Both the position numbers and the translations under genes were made by a program. A DNA stretch of 64,000 nucleotides, taken from contig NC_092671.1 in NCBI RefSeq assembly GCF_964355755.1, positions 24,750,070-24,814,069 on the forward strand, written 5' to 3'. Origin of the DNA: Antedon mediterranea (taxonomy: Eukaryota; Animalia; Echinodermata). The stretch's first letter is position 1. Each line of letters begins with the position of its first letter. The notes beneath the pieces are model-generated. The model had not been told where the DNA came from and made no database searches. It saw only the letters and a list, made by a program, of their open reading frames with translations. Shown here in pieces: positions 11,143 to 23,000 of the stretch.

Positions 11143-11527
11143 GTATTTGTATTACTACTAGGCTAGGACCTAGCTAGGCATCCGATATGGAATTATAGTA
11201 AATTAAATGAAATGTTATAGGATTTACCAACCAAAAAGCCTAGGCCTATTAATTATATATATTGGCCTATAATATGTTTACTATAGCTACCTAGGCCTCC
11301 AAGCTAGTGGATCGGCCTAGTTAGTAGCAAGGTAGAGGCCTAGCTAGTAGGCCTAGCTAGGCATATTTAACTAGACCGCATTGGGCTAGACTAGGCCAGG
11401 GCAAACTCACTGTTGTAAAACGGCCGAGAATATAACCAAACTAGCAGAAAAGTAGTGTGGCTTAACTTTCGTTCTGGGCTGGCCTCTTGAGAGTTCATGG
11501 CCCAGCAATTGCCAATAGTAAGTACTA

Positions 11528-12287
11528 CAGTAGGAAGCCGATCACTCCGGCCGCGCTTCACTCTGGTCGCCGTATCAGTTTAGCGCGATGTTATGCACTC
11601 CGGCCGCTATTCAATTCGACTTCCTGTGCAAAGGGGCCCATATCTACGTTTTCTATACTGTTCAGTGTTATAACAAATTCTTGGAAGAATTTAAATGGAA
11701 CTAGTTGAATATTTATTAGCAACAATTTTACTTTTTTCATGAACAATAACATTCAAATCACTGAATCACTTTTCTTTAAACCCATTTAAAGCACAGATAG
11801 CATTGTCACAGAAGACTTCATACAATAACTGCGCAGTCTTTTTATTTTTATTTTCTATGGTTGATATGTGATTAATCAGCGTGGAAGGAATAAGTATAAC
11901 ATAAACCCCACACTCTCCTAATAAAGCATAAAACCTGGAATTGTATCAAGAATTAATATATCATTTTGTACATTTATATGATAAAAATAATATGACATAT
12001 AGGGTACACTGCAATCAATTACATTAATTAATCACATTACAATTAATATACTATTACTAGCCTATTACATTTGATAAAACACATAAATGATGTTGTTTTA
12101 GCATTAGACGACCTAATTCAAAACACTTGCGATGTTGTTGTGATCCTGAAAGAGAAAAAAATATACTGTACGTTACAAATGTTTATTTTGATTCTCTACA
12201 AAAAACGTGTCTCGGTTGTAAAAGACTCATTGGGCACCATAGCTGCGGCCGGAATGAATCGCGGCCGGATTGATTGTATTCCTACAG
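11528..12287. mobile_element. Tc1/mariner-pogo-type MITE nested in the 3' LTR
   Basis: About 45-bp imperfect TIR CAGTAGGAAGCCGATCACTCCGGCCGCG / CGCGGCCGGATTGATTGTATTCCTACAG; TA on both sides. Confidence 0.8.
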
Positions 12288-12646
12288 TATGCTATGTGGT
12301 ATCCTGATATCGAACACGGTAAACACTCCGTATCCTTCCGATATTATATTATTTTCCGTGTGTATTGTATATCGTCAAAACCTCAACAGAACCCTCGTCC
12401 CTTCAGGACGACACACCTGACCTCAGGTCACTCGGTGGACTGGACCATTTTGCGGAGGGGTATTTCACTACACTTCCCCCGATTTTTATAAGGCCAGGGC
12501 CGGTGTTGGATGGTCATGCTGTAAAATAAAATAATAACTTCTGGTTAACGCTAAAATAACTGAACCCAGTGCCTCTTCTAGCACCTTACAAAAATAACAT
12601 AATAGAATAACTTAAAACTTCTGGTAGGCCGCCGGAATGGTCGGCT

Positions 12647-15156
12647 CTACACCATAAGGAACAGATCTCGGCCATTCTTCCGGGTCAAGTCTAGAACTTG
12701 CTCGGCGTCCTGGCCTAAGATCCTTCCGACTGCCTCTGTGGTGGGATGGAGCAGATGTGGTGCACCCACTCGTTGCCCCGGAGGAGCGAAGTGGGGCCCA
12801 TCTGATTCCAGCAGCAGGCGGCGGTCATCCGCGCGAAAAATGTGTCTGCACACTTCCTTTTGCTCTTTGTTGAAACTCTCTACCGACCATGTAAAGCTAT
12901 CGGCCATTAGCACAGTCGATGAGAAATTATGCAGTAGAATGCGTACACTGCGTACACATCTTGGAACTCGTGCTATCTGCAAGATGTTGAGGCAGTTTTG
13001 ATAACACGTCTCCGCCGTCGGGTCATTGCGGCTGCCTCTCAGGTGCAGGCAGATTGCTAGATGGTGTCGCAGTGAAAAAGCCTGTGCCAGAAGGCAATGC
13101 AGCATCTCCTCCTGCCTAAACCAGTCAGCTACCGGAACGGAGTGGTCCAAACCAATCTCCCCGAGCACCCAGGTAGCGCCGGAGCGCACCAAGGCCTTCA
13201 TTCGGGAGAGTTGACTTGGAGAGACCTCCTTCTTGGGTTGCACCTCATACCCCTCTCGCCGAAGGCGATGAATCTCCTCCGCTGAAGGGTAAGAGAGAGG
13301 ATCGCAAAATATGGCGACACCCCCGACAGGTCTTACCGGCTTCGTCTGGGCTCCAGCTGGTTCAGCTAGCAAGGTCTTCATCAGTGTTGCTCGAGGAGAC
13401 TCAGAAAAGAGTGCAAGCGGTCCGGATGGAAGTGGGCGTCGAACGCTCTTATCGTGGTGCGTACCGTCTTCTTCTCCCCCAGAGAGGGGGTCTGTGGCTG
13501 GGCAAGGGCAGTCTCGGCCTTAGCTTTGGCAGCGGCGGGCTGGGCGAGCGGATTTTTGGCCTCAGCTTCGGCGGCTAGCTGGCTCATCTTGGTGAGATCC
13601 ATCCGCTGGGCCATCGCTACCATGTACCGCCAGTGGATGAGGGCCGCTGGATGGTTGAGTGGCACAAGGGTGAATCTTTCAGGTGGCTCACCTCCGATCG
13701 CCGCTTGTAGCTCGAACATCATATCCAGTGTCCTCTTGTCGATGACGCCTCCATGCAGACCAACAGCCCTCTCAGCATTCAGTTGGGTGACCAGGTTGTC
13801 CAAAGTGGACTCCGGCCTACCCAGTATCTCGACGGCGTACTTCCGCAGCAGGCAGAGCTTGGTCTGTGTCTTCCGCGGAGTTGATGGTAATTTAAAACAT
13901 GAGGGGAGGTGGTGGGACCACACGTGCCTCCTCATGTTGTGCACAGCCTCGAATTCACATCCTGGAAACACTCACAGGTTTTTATGCCGCGGACGTGGAT
14001 CCTCGGTCGGCGCGCTGGATGGTGGTGGTTCTGGCGTTGACTCGAGGGCAGTGTCTACACCGGTCCCGTCTCCACTGACCTCCGCCGTTGGTGCTGGGCT
14101 ATGCTCACGCTACCCATTTGCGTTTTCGCAAATTGCGATTGGAGTTGTCAATTTGCAAAAAAAATAATTATATCATTCGCAAAACTTGCGAAAATAATTT
14201 TTCCTTAAAAACTCAAACTTTGTCCGCTTAGTTAGGCTTCAAATGTTAAAGTTTTATGTAAACCACAACAACTTCGCCGCCGCCGCCAGCCTATAATACG
14301 TGACAGCGATGTAGCGTTACTTGCTATCAATGACGTTTTTTTCGCGTCACTCGAACAAATTAAAACGAGTTTCCCGTTTAGGAGGCTTATTAATTGTACA
14401 GGCGAGTAGTTGTAAATCGCGTTATCTGTAAATGTACACGCGACTGACTAAGGAGAATTTATTTTATGAATGGACATGCGCAGTAATTGTAATTACGAAC
14501 AAACAAACAAACTGCGCATGTGTATAGATGAAAATATCGCGCAATAACAAACATGCTGCATGGACATTCCGTCGATGTCGTGTAGTTCGTTTGTGGTGTG
14601 TTACGATGTTTTCGCGAGTGAATAAGAAGCATATAAAACACAAACAAAAACTATTTATTATTTTATAAAATAATAAATAGCATAGATAGTCAACCGTTGA
14701 ATAGGCCTCCTATAGGCTATGGCCGTGGCGACTGGTATCACGTCAGGCCGGTTAGGCTGCAGTAGATAGGCGTAACATATTTTAATGCGGTCATGTTTTA
14801 TTTGTATTTTAATCACAAATTTTGAATGAATAAAGATAAAAACAATACAAGACAACAATAATATATTTATTTGATGTACAGTATCTACCAAAAAATTTAG
14901 CCATTTTCATGGTTTTTAAAATTTGCTAAAGAATTTTCACTTTTGCGAAAAAAAAATCGGCGACCTTTCGCAAATTTTGCGAAAGAAAATTTGACCTTAG
15001 CGTGAGCGTAGCTGGCGTAGGTTCAGGTGCGAGTAGTCGTCGCCGGGTTTCCTCCTGCTCCTCTACCGACTTGGCACGCCACAGTCCATCAACATGCCGT
15101 TGTGTTAAACGGATGTCGGTTGCGCCAAAATCAACCAGATGGAGATACAAAAACAC
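12647..15156 (-). pseudogene. Zinc-finger + TatD-family DNase gene, disrupted by a MITE, a TGA and a frameshift
   Basis: TatD motifs FDAHFHPD (HxH), VLGEIGLD, LHLRG, LLHNF and LLESDGP are spread over ORFs 13381-13971 and 12647-13381. An upstream (C>*)VFPGC...RRHVWSHH finger is present. The frame continues across the 14098-15012 insertion. Confidence 0.82.
14098..15012. mobile_element. MITE inserted in the TatD gene
   Basis: 15-bp TIR GCTATGCTCACGCTA / TAGCGTGAGCGTAGC, TGG duplicated on both sides, AT-rich interior. Removing it restores the reading APEPTP|APTAEV. Confidence 0.82.
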
Positions 15157-15204
15157 AAATATAATTAAACAGCGGTACCCTACAATCGCTTCAGCTTGGA
15201 CCTC

Positions 15205-15318
15205 TCAGTCTCTGCAGTTAGCGCATTTGTAGCGGTCGATGTTCAGGGCGTCTAAAGGTGAGACATTCACGCAGGCGCCATAGTACCAAACGTCGCAGTA
15301 GTCGCACTGAGTATAGTA
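15205..15318 (-). pseudogene. C-terminal half of a PHD finger followed by a stop codon
   Basis: Manual translation YYTQCDYCDVWYYGACVNVSPLDALNIDRYKCANCRD* fits the PHD pattern CxxC..W.HxxC...CxxC, with His replaced by Tyr and the first Cys pair missing. Confidence 0.78.
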
Positions 15319-16914
15319 TAGTTTATCTTTTTACTATATCAATAAAAACTACAACAAAAACAATACTTAATTTATACTTCTTATGCAAGTTTAACTTCTC
15401 AATGGGTTTCACTTGAAGAAGTTAAGTTACAAAAGCAATAACACAGTGCAAGTAGCGCCTACAGAGTCAAACAAAAATCCGTGCACTTTATTAAATTCAC
15501 TAATCGCGGTGAGTCTACACCGTGTGGAATTGTGAAAATGCAGCGGGAAATTTGAACCGATGTCGCCTTACAGGTGTGGGAACGAACTCTATGCCAAAAC
15601 TAATTAACTTGCCGTTAATCGCTTACGTTTTTGCTCGCAGCGCCAATGTTGTAAAACGGCCGAGAATATAAATTATAACCAAACTAGCAGAAAGTAGTGT
15701 GGCCCGTTCTGGGCTGTTTTTGGCCGCCAAATATGGCCCGGTTTTACAAATATATGGTGCGCAAAATGAGTCATAATGTATATCATTAAAAAAAAAGGCC
15801 ATGATTAGTCATTATTTTGAAAACTACAGGGTTTTATTTGTTAATTTTTTAATATATTTTTAATATTATAAATTAAGCTAGTTTTTTTATTATCATTATT
15901 TGTAGTAACTTATCAATAATTAGTACTAATTGTTAGGCTTTTTGTGTACAATGTATCTCTGCCTGTTTTTAATCCATTTTGTTCTTTTTTAACATCTTCA
16001 TTTTCCCATGATGTTAAAAACAATTTAATTTATTAATTATTTATGGTTAATCAATCAATATATCAATTCAATAAATTATTATAAAACAATTATAAAACAT
16101 TGATTAGGCTGAGGAAGGAAAAAGGCCTCAATCATAAAATAAAATCTAGCTGGCAATATCAGCGTCTCATACCCGTTCATGTGAGTGTGTTGCAGGCTGA
16201 AATATGAGTCATGTTTTTAGATAAAATACATTTATTTATAGTATTTATCCGACAAGATAACTTACTTACTGTATATATATGTATAGAGCGTCACAAGCAC
16301 CACCAGATACTACCAGAGCGACAAATATTACTACCAGAGAGCAGCCAACTGATTGGAATCACTTATTAATGATATTACAAATTTCAATGCTCAAATCTTT
16401 AACAATTTAAGTTAAATGTTAAATTGCTCACCGTCGTATTTCAGAATCGAATGTATTTGATCATCATAATAGTAACAAAATGCATTTATCCGTGTCTCTT
16501 GTATGGTATTCAGCAGTCAATGAGACGCTACTGTTTTTATTTTGCACTCACTTCAATTGATTGCCCGATTTCTTCCTTTTTTTGTTTTAATAATAATAAA
16601 TTTAACATAACAAATAACACTATAATTAAATAGCTGAGAAAACAATACAATAGTCACAATTGATTAGGATTTAAATATAATTCTGTAACTTGTGTAAGCC
16701 AGCTATTTATGAATAAAAATATTTTTTATATTTAAAATAAATGATTACACTGTTTAGCAGAATTAATGGGTAACACAATGTACATTGTACTTTTTTTTCT
16801 TTCAGTTATGATGATAAACAACTATAAAAAGTAATGTTATATTGGTTTTAAACAATCATCATTGTTTTAGTTTATGGCTTTGACCGAGTCTAAACAAAAC
16901 AGAAGAAAGGTACT

Positions 16915-17023
16915 ATGTCAAGTAGCAATCAGAAGATCACATGGTTTAAGCCTTTATCACCTGAAGAGGATAAGAATCAAGGATTCTCATTTCTAAAACT
17001 GTTTCGATGGAGTGTCAGCTCAG
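16915..17023 (+). CDS. PIKFYVE: PIKfyve first coding exon
   Basis: MSSSNQKITWFKPLSPEEDKNQGFSFLKLFRW resembles the PIKfyve N-terminal FKPLTP...LFRF motif. Confidence 0.8.
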
Positions 17024-20000
17024 GTAATTAGTATTGTAGGGATGGAGTGTCAGCTCAGGTAATTAGTATTGTAGGGATGGAGTTTCAGCTCAGGTAATTA
17101 GTATTGTAGGGATGGAGTGTCAGCTCAGGTAATGTGTATTGTAGGGTAATGAAAGAACTGTATTGTGTTAAACCTATCCACAAAAATTCACTCTAAGCTC
17201 TATGTAATAACCTATATCGTCTTTTTTCTCAAATCAAATATCAAATACAGTAGAAACTAGTTTCACACAATTTGAGAGCAAGTGTTTTAAAATCTACAGT
17301 GTACTAGATAAACAATTAGGTGAGGTGTAAATTACAGGATAAAACATCTATAAATAGACAATATATAATTATAATGCAAAAGAAATAAAATTCAAGATTA
17401 AAATGTATCAAATTAATTTGTAGCAAACACATTAAAATAGAAAAATATGTATATATTTCATTTCCATTTATTATATGATTTGCATATTTAAATATAAATA
17501 GACAATTCTGATGCTCTCAGACAGTATACAACATAATACATTTAGTGCTCTAAGCAGCTGGATAATCAAGGAACCTATCTCTGCGAGATGTGAAATCCAC
17601 ACAGAAATTCACATTTTTAAAATTCAGAAAGTAACTGTACATTCCATATGAAGATAAAAATATGGCCATTAAGTATATTACAGTATAAGGTTAACAATTT
17701 ATCAAAAATATAGTTTAACACATTTAAAGAGAAAAACCATCCAATATATTTCTCCTACAACAAAATGAAGGAAGAGGTTTTTGGTTAATTGTCTGTTAAG
17801 AATAATGAAGTAAAGAAATGTTTACTGAAACTCTCTTATTGTATGTTATTACTATTATTATGTTATTTTAGGCTTTAAGAATAGATATAGTGCGCATTTT
17901 GCTTTAATAATCTGATCGTCATACTTCAAAGAGTTTTCCATATTTGGTTTTGGTATTTAAAAAATAATAATATTAAATAATAGATATATTTATAAAGCAC
18001 AAATAAATGATGTCTGTATGCACTCAACAATAAAGGGAAAGAGTGGAAAACAAAAGGAAGAGAATGACAAAAACACCAAGCTAGCATCCAAACTGGAGTA
18101 TGGAGATACACCTCAACGCTAACTGGGGATCAATGTGTTTAGAAAGTACCCCAGTTAGCATCGGTTAAGTCTTGATCTTTTTAGGGATCTGGTGCCTACT
18201 AGCCTAGTCAGAAAACAACAACAGGCAAGAACGTTTAGACAATGGTCTAACGTCTATTAGTGAACTTTACCTAAATGGTCCATTGAAATTTAAATGTATA
18301 CACCACTACAACTATTTGTTTCCATTCCAGAGTCTAGTACTTCTCCAAAAAAGCGACTGTCTCCGTCAGTATCTCAAGAAGCTTCTCCAATACGGGGACG
18401 ATCTCAAGCAAGTAGTCGAACATCTTCTAGAAATGCGTCACCATCACCAGATATCAGAGAACAGGTGTCGAGAAACACAACTGATTCAGATCCATCCCAA
18501 GTATCAAATCCACCTCCTCTTACTGAAGAAGAAGATGATAATGATGAGGCTTGGACAAAAGTTGGCAAACAAGAAAGCTGGAAGGATATGCCAACTAGAA
18601 GTCTGAACAGTATTGTGAATCATCTAAGTAAAATAATTGAAAGACGTGGCCAGGTAAACATTCTTCCTTCAGTTACCTTTAACCGTATTCTTGTTTCTTA
18701 AGTATATACCGTAATAATATAAGATGTCAGTACAAGGTACATATTACTGATTTCTCCATACTACACTAATACATTACACCTTACCAACTTACAGTTACGA
18801 TATTGTCCATGATTAAATGACAGTTTATTAATCTGATATGTATTTGATAACTAGCAGTAACCCGGTCGTTTTCTGCCCTATGTGGTTATATACTTTGTAT
18901 GGGCAAGTATAATAAAATCGCACTCTGATAAAAGTACTTTGACAAATTATTGAAATAAAAACAAATTGTATCAAGAATAAAATTCGGAACTACTAGAATT
19001 TACGGCGGCCATTGATTTTTGACGCAAAAGAAAAATTGTGCTGTGTGAATTAGATGATTACCGTAAGTATAAAAGCGCAATACTGGATATGGGATATGAA
19101 AGTGACAACGTGCATGAGATGTGCATGTTGAAGTATGTCAATCAGTCGGCAGATTTAAATGATAAAATATGAATATGAATAATAAAACTATAGCTGCTTA
19201 CAGACACAAAAAGTGTCCGAAATTAAATGTTGAGCTCGAAGTGTGATATTTTGTGGAAACAAGACACCCATTTGGATTCGTTTTATTTGTGTGTGTTTTT
19301 TTTAGTGTATTTACAATTTTTTTTCATGGTTTCCTATAATTTGCAATTTTTTTTGTGAGGTTTTGTATCTTTTTTGCTAGTTTTGTAATTACATTGTGGT
19401 CTAGTTTTGATTTTTAGCTTTAATTGGTGTCGCGGATTGAACTCGAACCTACTAAGCATTGATATCAATGGTCACGGCGATTTGCTTACTGAGCCAAACG
19501 TTCATTCTGTTCAAAGAATAGGTGTAATTAACTAACTTATTTTTATAGTGACCCGGCATGGTATTTGTAGATCCGGCCATTGCGGTACACAACAGAGGAG
19601 TTTGCATAGTTTATACAGTGATGTAACATGGTCGCTGAGACGTCAAATTACTGCTATTTTTTGACTTTTTTTAGTGTTTATCCTTAAAAGTGCGGCCCAT
19701 CAATAAACATCAGTGTGCCAAATGTGAGCACGTACCGTTCACTGGTTTTGGAGGAGATACGTAAAATACGCGAAAAATTTAGTAGAATTAATATATAGAT
19801 ATTCACTCATTCGTTTATCAAGTTTCATTTCACATAATATATTCATAGCAGAAAAAATAAGCTTAATCTAAGAAATCGTAAAAAAACAAAAATTGAGGTT
19901 GGATATTACTGTATAACAAAAAAATATATATATATATACTGTATATACATTCTACTTTATTCTCTATTTAATAGCCATTATCAGAGAATTAACACTTATT

Positions 20001-23000
20001 TTTTTTAACTAAATGAACATCATTTAAAACAAACAACATGCTACCAATTTCTATGCTTCTTCAGCAGCAAATTCAAGGCATTGTTATAGCAATATATAAT
20101 AAATACAGATTCATAAAAGGACATTGGCTTTCTCTCGTCATGTAGACACCCCAAGCATACAGAGATAGTGACTTCAAACAGTACTGGATGCCAGACAGTC
20201 AATGTAAGGAATGCTATGAATGTGGTGACAAGTTCACTACATTCAGAAGACGTCATCACTGCCGTGTGTGCGGCCAGATCTTCTGTAGTCGCTGCTGTAA
20301 CCAGGAAGTTCCCGGAAGTGTTATGGGTTATACTGGTAAGAACGTACATTGATATCAGTTAAGATGGTGAGCCCCTTAAGTTTCAAAAGGCATTGTGGAT
20401 AAAATTGGCAGAATCATTTTGAGCCAATGGAGTAGCTACCACATTATGTTAGCCTTTCATTTTGTTTAAATAAAATTTACTAAAAATTGTCAAAAAAATG
20501 CCCTTCAATTTTCCCCATGATAAAACATATATTATAAATGTAGTGGAACTGTAGCTTGGTGGTTAAATTCTGACCTGTGTCAGGGTTGTAACTCTCAACT
20601 CTCTCTAATAAGCCTCCAAGAATTAGATTATGAGCACGATAATTTAGAAAAATATGCATGTTGTATTGGTGAGTAGCTCGCTATTGGGTGCATATGATTG
20701 TTATCAAGACAGATATTGTCTCAATTTAAAGTCATTGTTTCTAGTATCAATTTGATTATAGAATTGATTCTGGTTTTAGTATACTCAGGAAATTTAAAAA
20801 CAAGTTGGATTGCTTTATCATCCACACTCACGTCATATTGCGAATTTTGGACAAAAAGTGTTTTGAGAGCGCTTTTGATTTAAACATTAGCGCGAGCCTA
20901 TCTTTACCGCTGAGAATTGTATTGAGAAACCCGAAGACTTCACGCGAGCGAGACGAACTGACTAAGAACATTATTACTATAGATTTTCACTTCATACACG
21001 CTTATTATTGAACAATAGTTAGTATAAATATCTGCTAGTTAATTAGAGACATTCGATGTTACTAAGAATACTAAAGAAATTACTTATAATACAAATTTAA
21101 AAGATTTATAACGATTCTAGTTTAGGTAACATTCGCCCATTAACAATGAAAACAAACAAATCCTGCGTAGGAAATCGCGGAACTCTAAAAACTTTGTTTT
21201 AATATCACGCTAAAATTGTTTCCGAATTTTTAAATACATATTTGTAAATATTATGTTAAATTTCAATATCTTTACTTTTAATCCTCAAAAAATCAAAATG
21301 TTGATATTTTTTAAAAGAATTTTATGATCATTTGAAATCGGGTATATTTACTATCGATCGCGCTCCGCCGGTGCCCGAGTAGGTGTGTACGCGTCGCTTT
21401 TGCAGGCTCTATTCCCAGTAGCGAGTTTCGGTCGCGCTAACATAAGCAATGTTTTCTACATTTACATGCATTAGGGGTAAATTATGTTTAATTGTTTTTA
21501 CCGCATAACAAAATTCCCAAATTTATTTCTTTTCTTGCCTAACCGTTTCTGTCACCCCAAAATCAAATGCTTTAACTGCATAATTTTAAGCGACAATAAC
21601 ATACAAATAGGCCTACTATAATTTGATCACTTCTGCGCAATACTTTAAAGTTGTTGTATACAATTATTTTAAGAATATAAATAAAAACACACAGAAACTA
21701 ATAAAATGGCAACTAATTGAAAAGTCAAACTCATTTATTTCATCAATTAAATATTTGAAAAAAATCAAATCAAGTAAGATACTGCTGTGTAGGCCTTAAA
21801 TATGATTACTGTATTTTTTTAGTTTTAATTTGTATAATGGCCTAGGCCTAATAATAGTACTAACAACATGTTTATTTCTAAAGGCAAGAATAACAAACAG
21901 CTTTATTTATTTACCTTCAATATTAAATCTATGAGAAACCTCAATTATGAGAATCATTTAAATTTCTGTCACCGTACATTTCATTATAATGAAAACCTTT
22001 AATTTAAAAGACATTTAATTAATAAGAGCTGGTCAAATTTTTTTTAATGTCAACATGCTGTCCATAAATAGCCGCTTTCGAGTGATGCAAATGTTTTCTG
22101 GAGTCAGATCCTATAAAAAATATAGAAATATAAAAAGTATGTTAATTTAAATATGTATTTGAAAGATGGGCTAGAGGTATAGGCCTACTGCATGATAAAT
22201 TAGGCTGAAAAACCTAGCATGTGGTCCTAGGCCTACTACAAGGCCTAGCTTGATGTTTTAAATCCCATAAAACGTTTGAATTTAATACAAGTACAAAATC
22301 TAATTTATATAGAGTTGTAACGTGTGGTACATTCAGTACATTAATTAAAATAAATGAGAATGGGGCCTAATATTAATAAATAAACATGTAAAAAAATTGG
22401 CCTAAACGACTACGTGTGTATCTTATACGCATTGATTAACACGCAGTACGCGTTGGACCATCAAAGGCTAGGCCCAGCTTCGCACAAACCACCGTTATAC
22501 ATGTGATTTGTTTACCTATTTCAATCGCCATTTAAAAAATACCTGAAAATATCAACATGCCCATTTTTTGTCAAACGAATATTTACATTACATAGTAACT
22601 TTTTATTTAGTCACTCGTTTACTCAAAAATTGAGGAATTTTTTTATGGTCTCGTAAAAATGTACAATATTATTATTGATAAAAACCGTATAAAATCTAAC
22701 AAAAAGAAGAGCAAATTCAATGATTACCTGACACGATCATAACTGCTATCCTGTTCCAAAAACCAAGTCACGTGCTTCTTCAACCCTTGCTTTAATTATT
22801 CTCATGAATTATTCATAAGGAACTATAATTTAAGGCTTTCAATTGGTTAAAAGAGTTAACCCTATTAAAATTTTAAATTCACATCATTTCCGGGTGATGT
22901 TGTCGCGCTTCGATGAATCTCAGAAATCACAAATGACCGCTAGAGGGCTCACTACTTTTTGTCTAGTCTAAATGAATGTGCATCAGACAATTAAAACCAT

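Larger units (their letters stand above)
11411..15717 (-). mobile_element. Internally deleted, decayed LTR retroelement carrying a PHD remnant and a zinc-finger-TatD gene
   Basis: About 70-bp direct repeat TGTTGTAAAACGGCCGAGAATATAA...GTTCTGGGCTG at 11411 and 15647. PBS TGGCGCTGCGAGCA (15645-15632) next to the right copy. PPT GGGGGAAG (12480-12473) followed by TGTAGTG defines a 3' LTR of 11411-12472. GC-rich coding interior. Confidence 0.8.

Noticed and set aside
12647-13971. Bacterial contamination or a host TATDN gene
   Set aside because: Embedded between LTR/PBS/PPT signals, interrupted by eukaryotic MITEs and contiguous with intron-containing genes; no host-like exon structure.
12738-14167. 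Plus-strand ORFs up to 237 aa
   Set aside because: Antisense shadows of the GC-rich TatD coding region with no motifs.
17006-17145. CRISPR-like 35-bp repeats
   Set aside because: Head-to-tail with no spacers, eukaryotic context and no cas genes.
20770-22960. CpG-richer intronic block that looks like a transposon
   Set aside because: No convincing TIR, TSD or ORF could be defined by eye.
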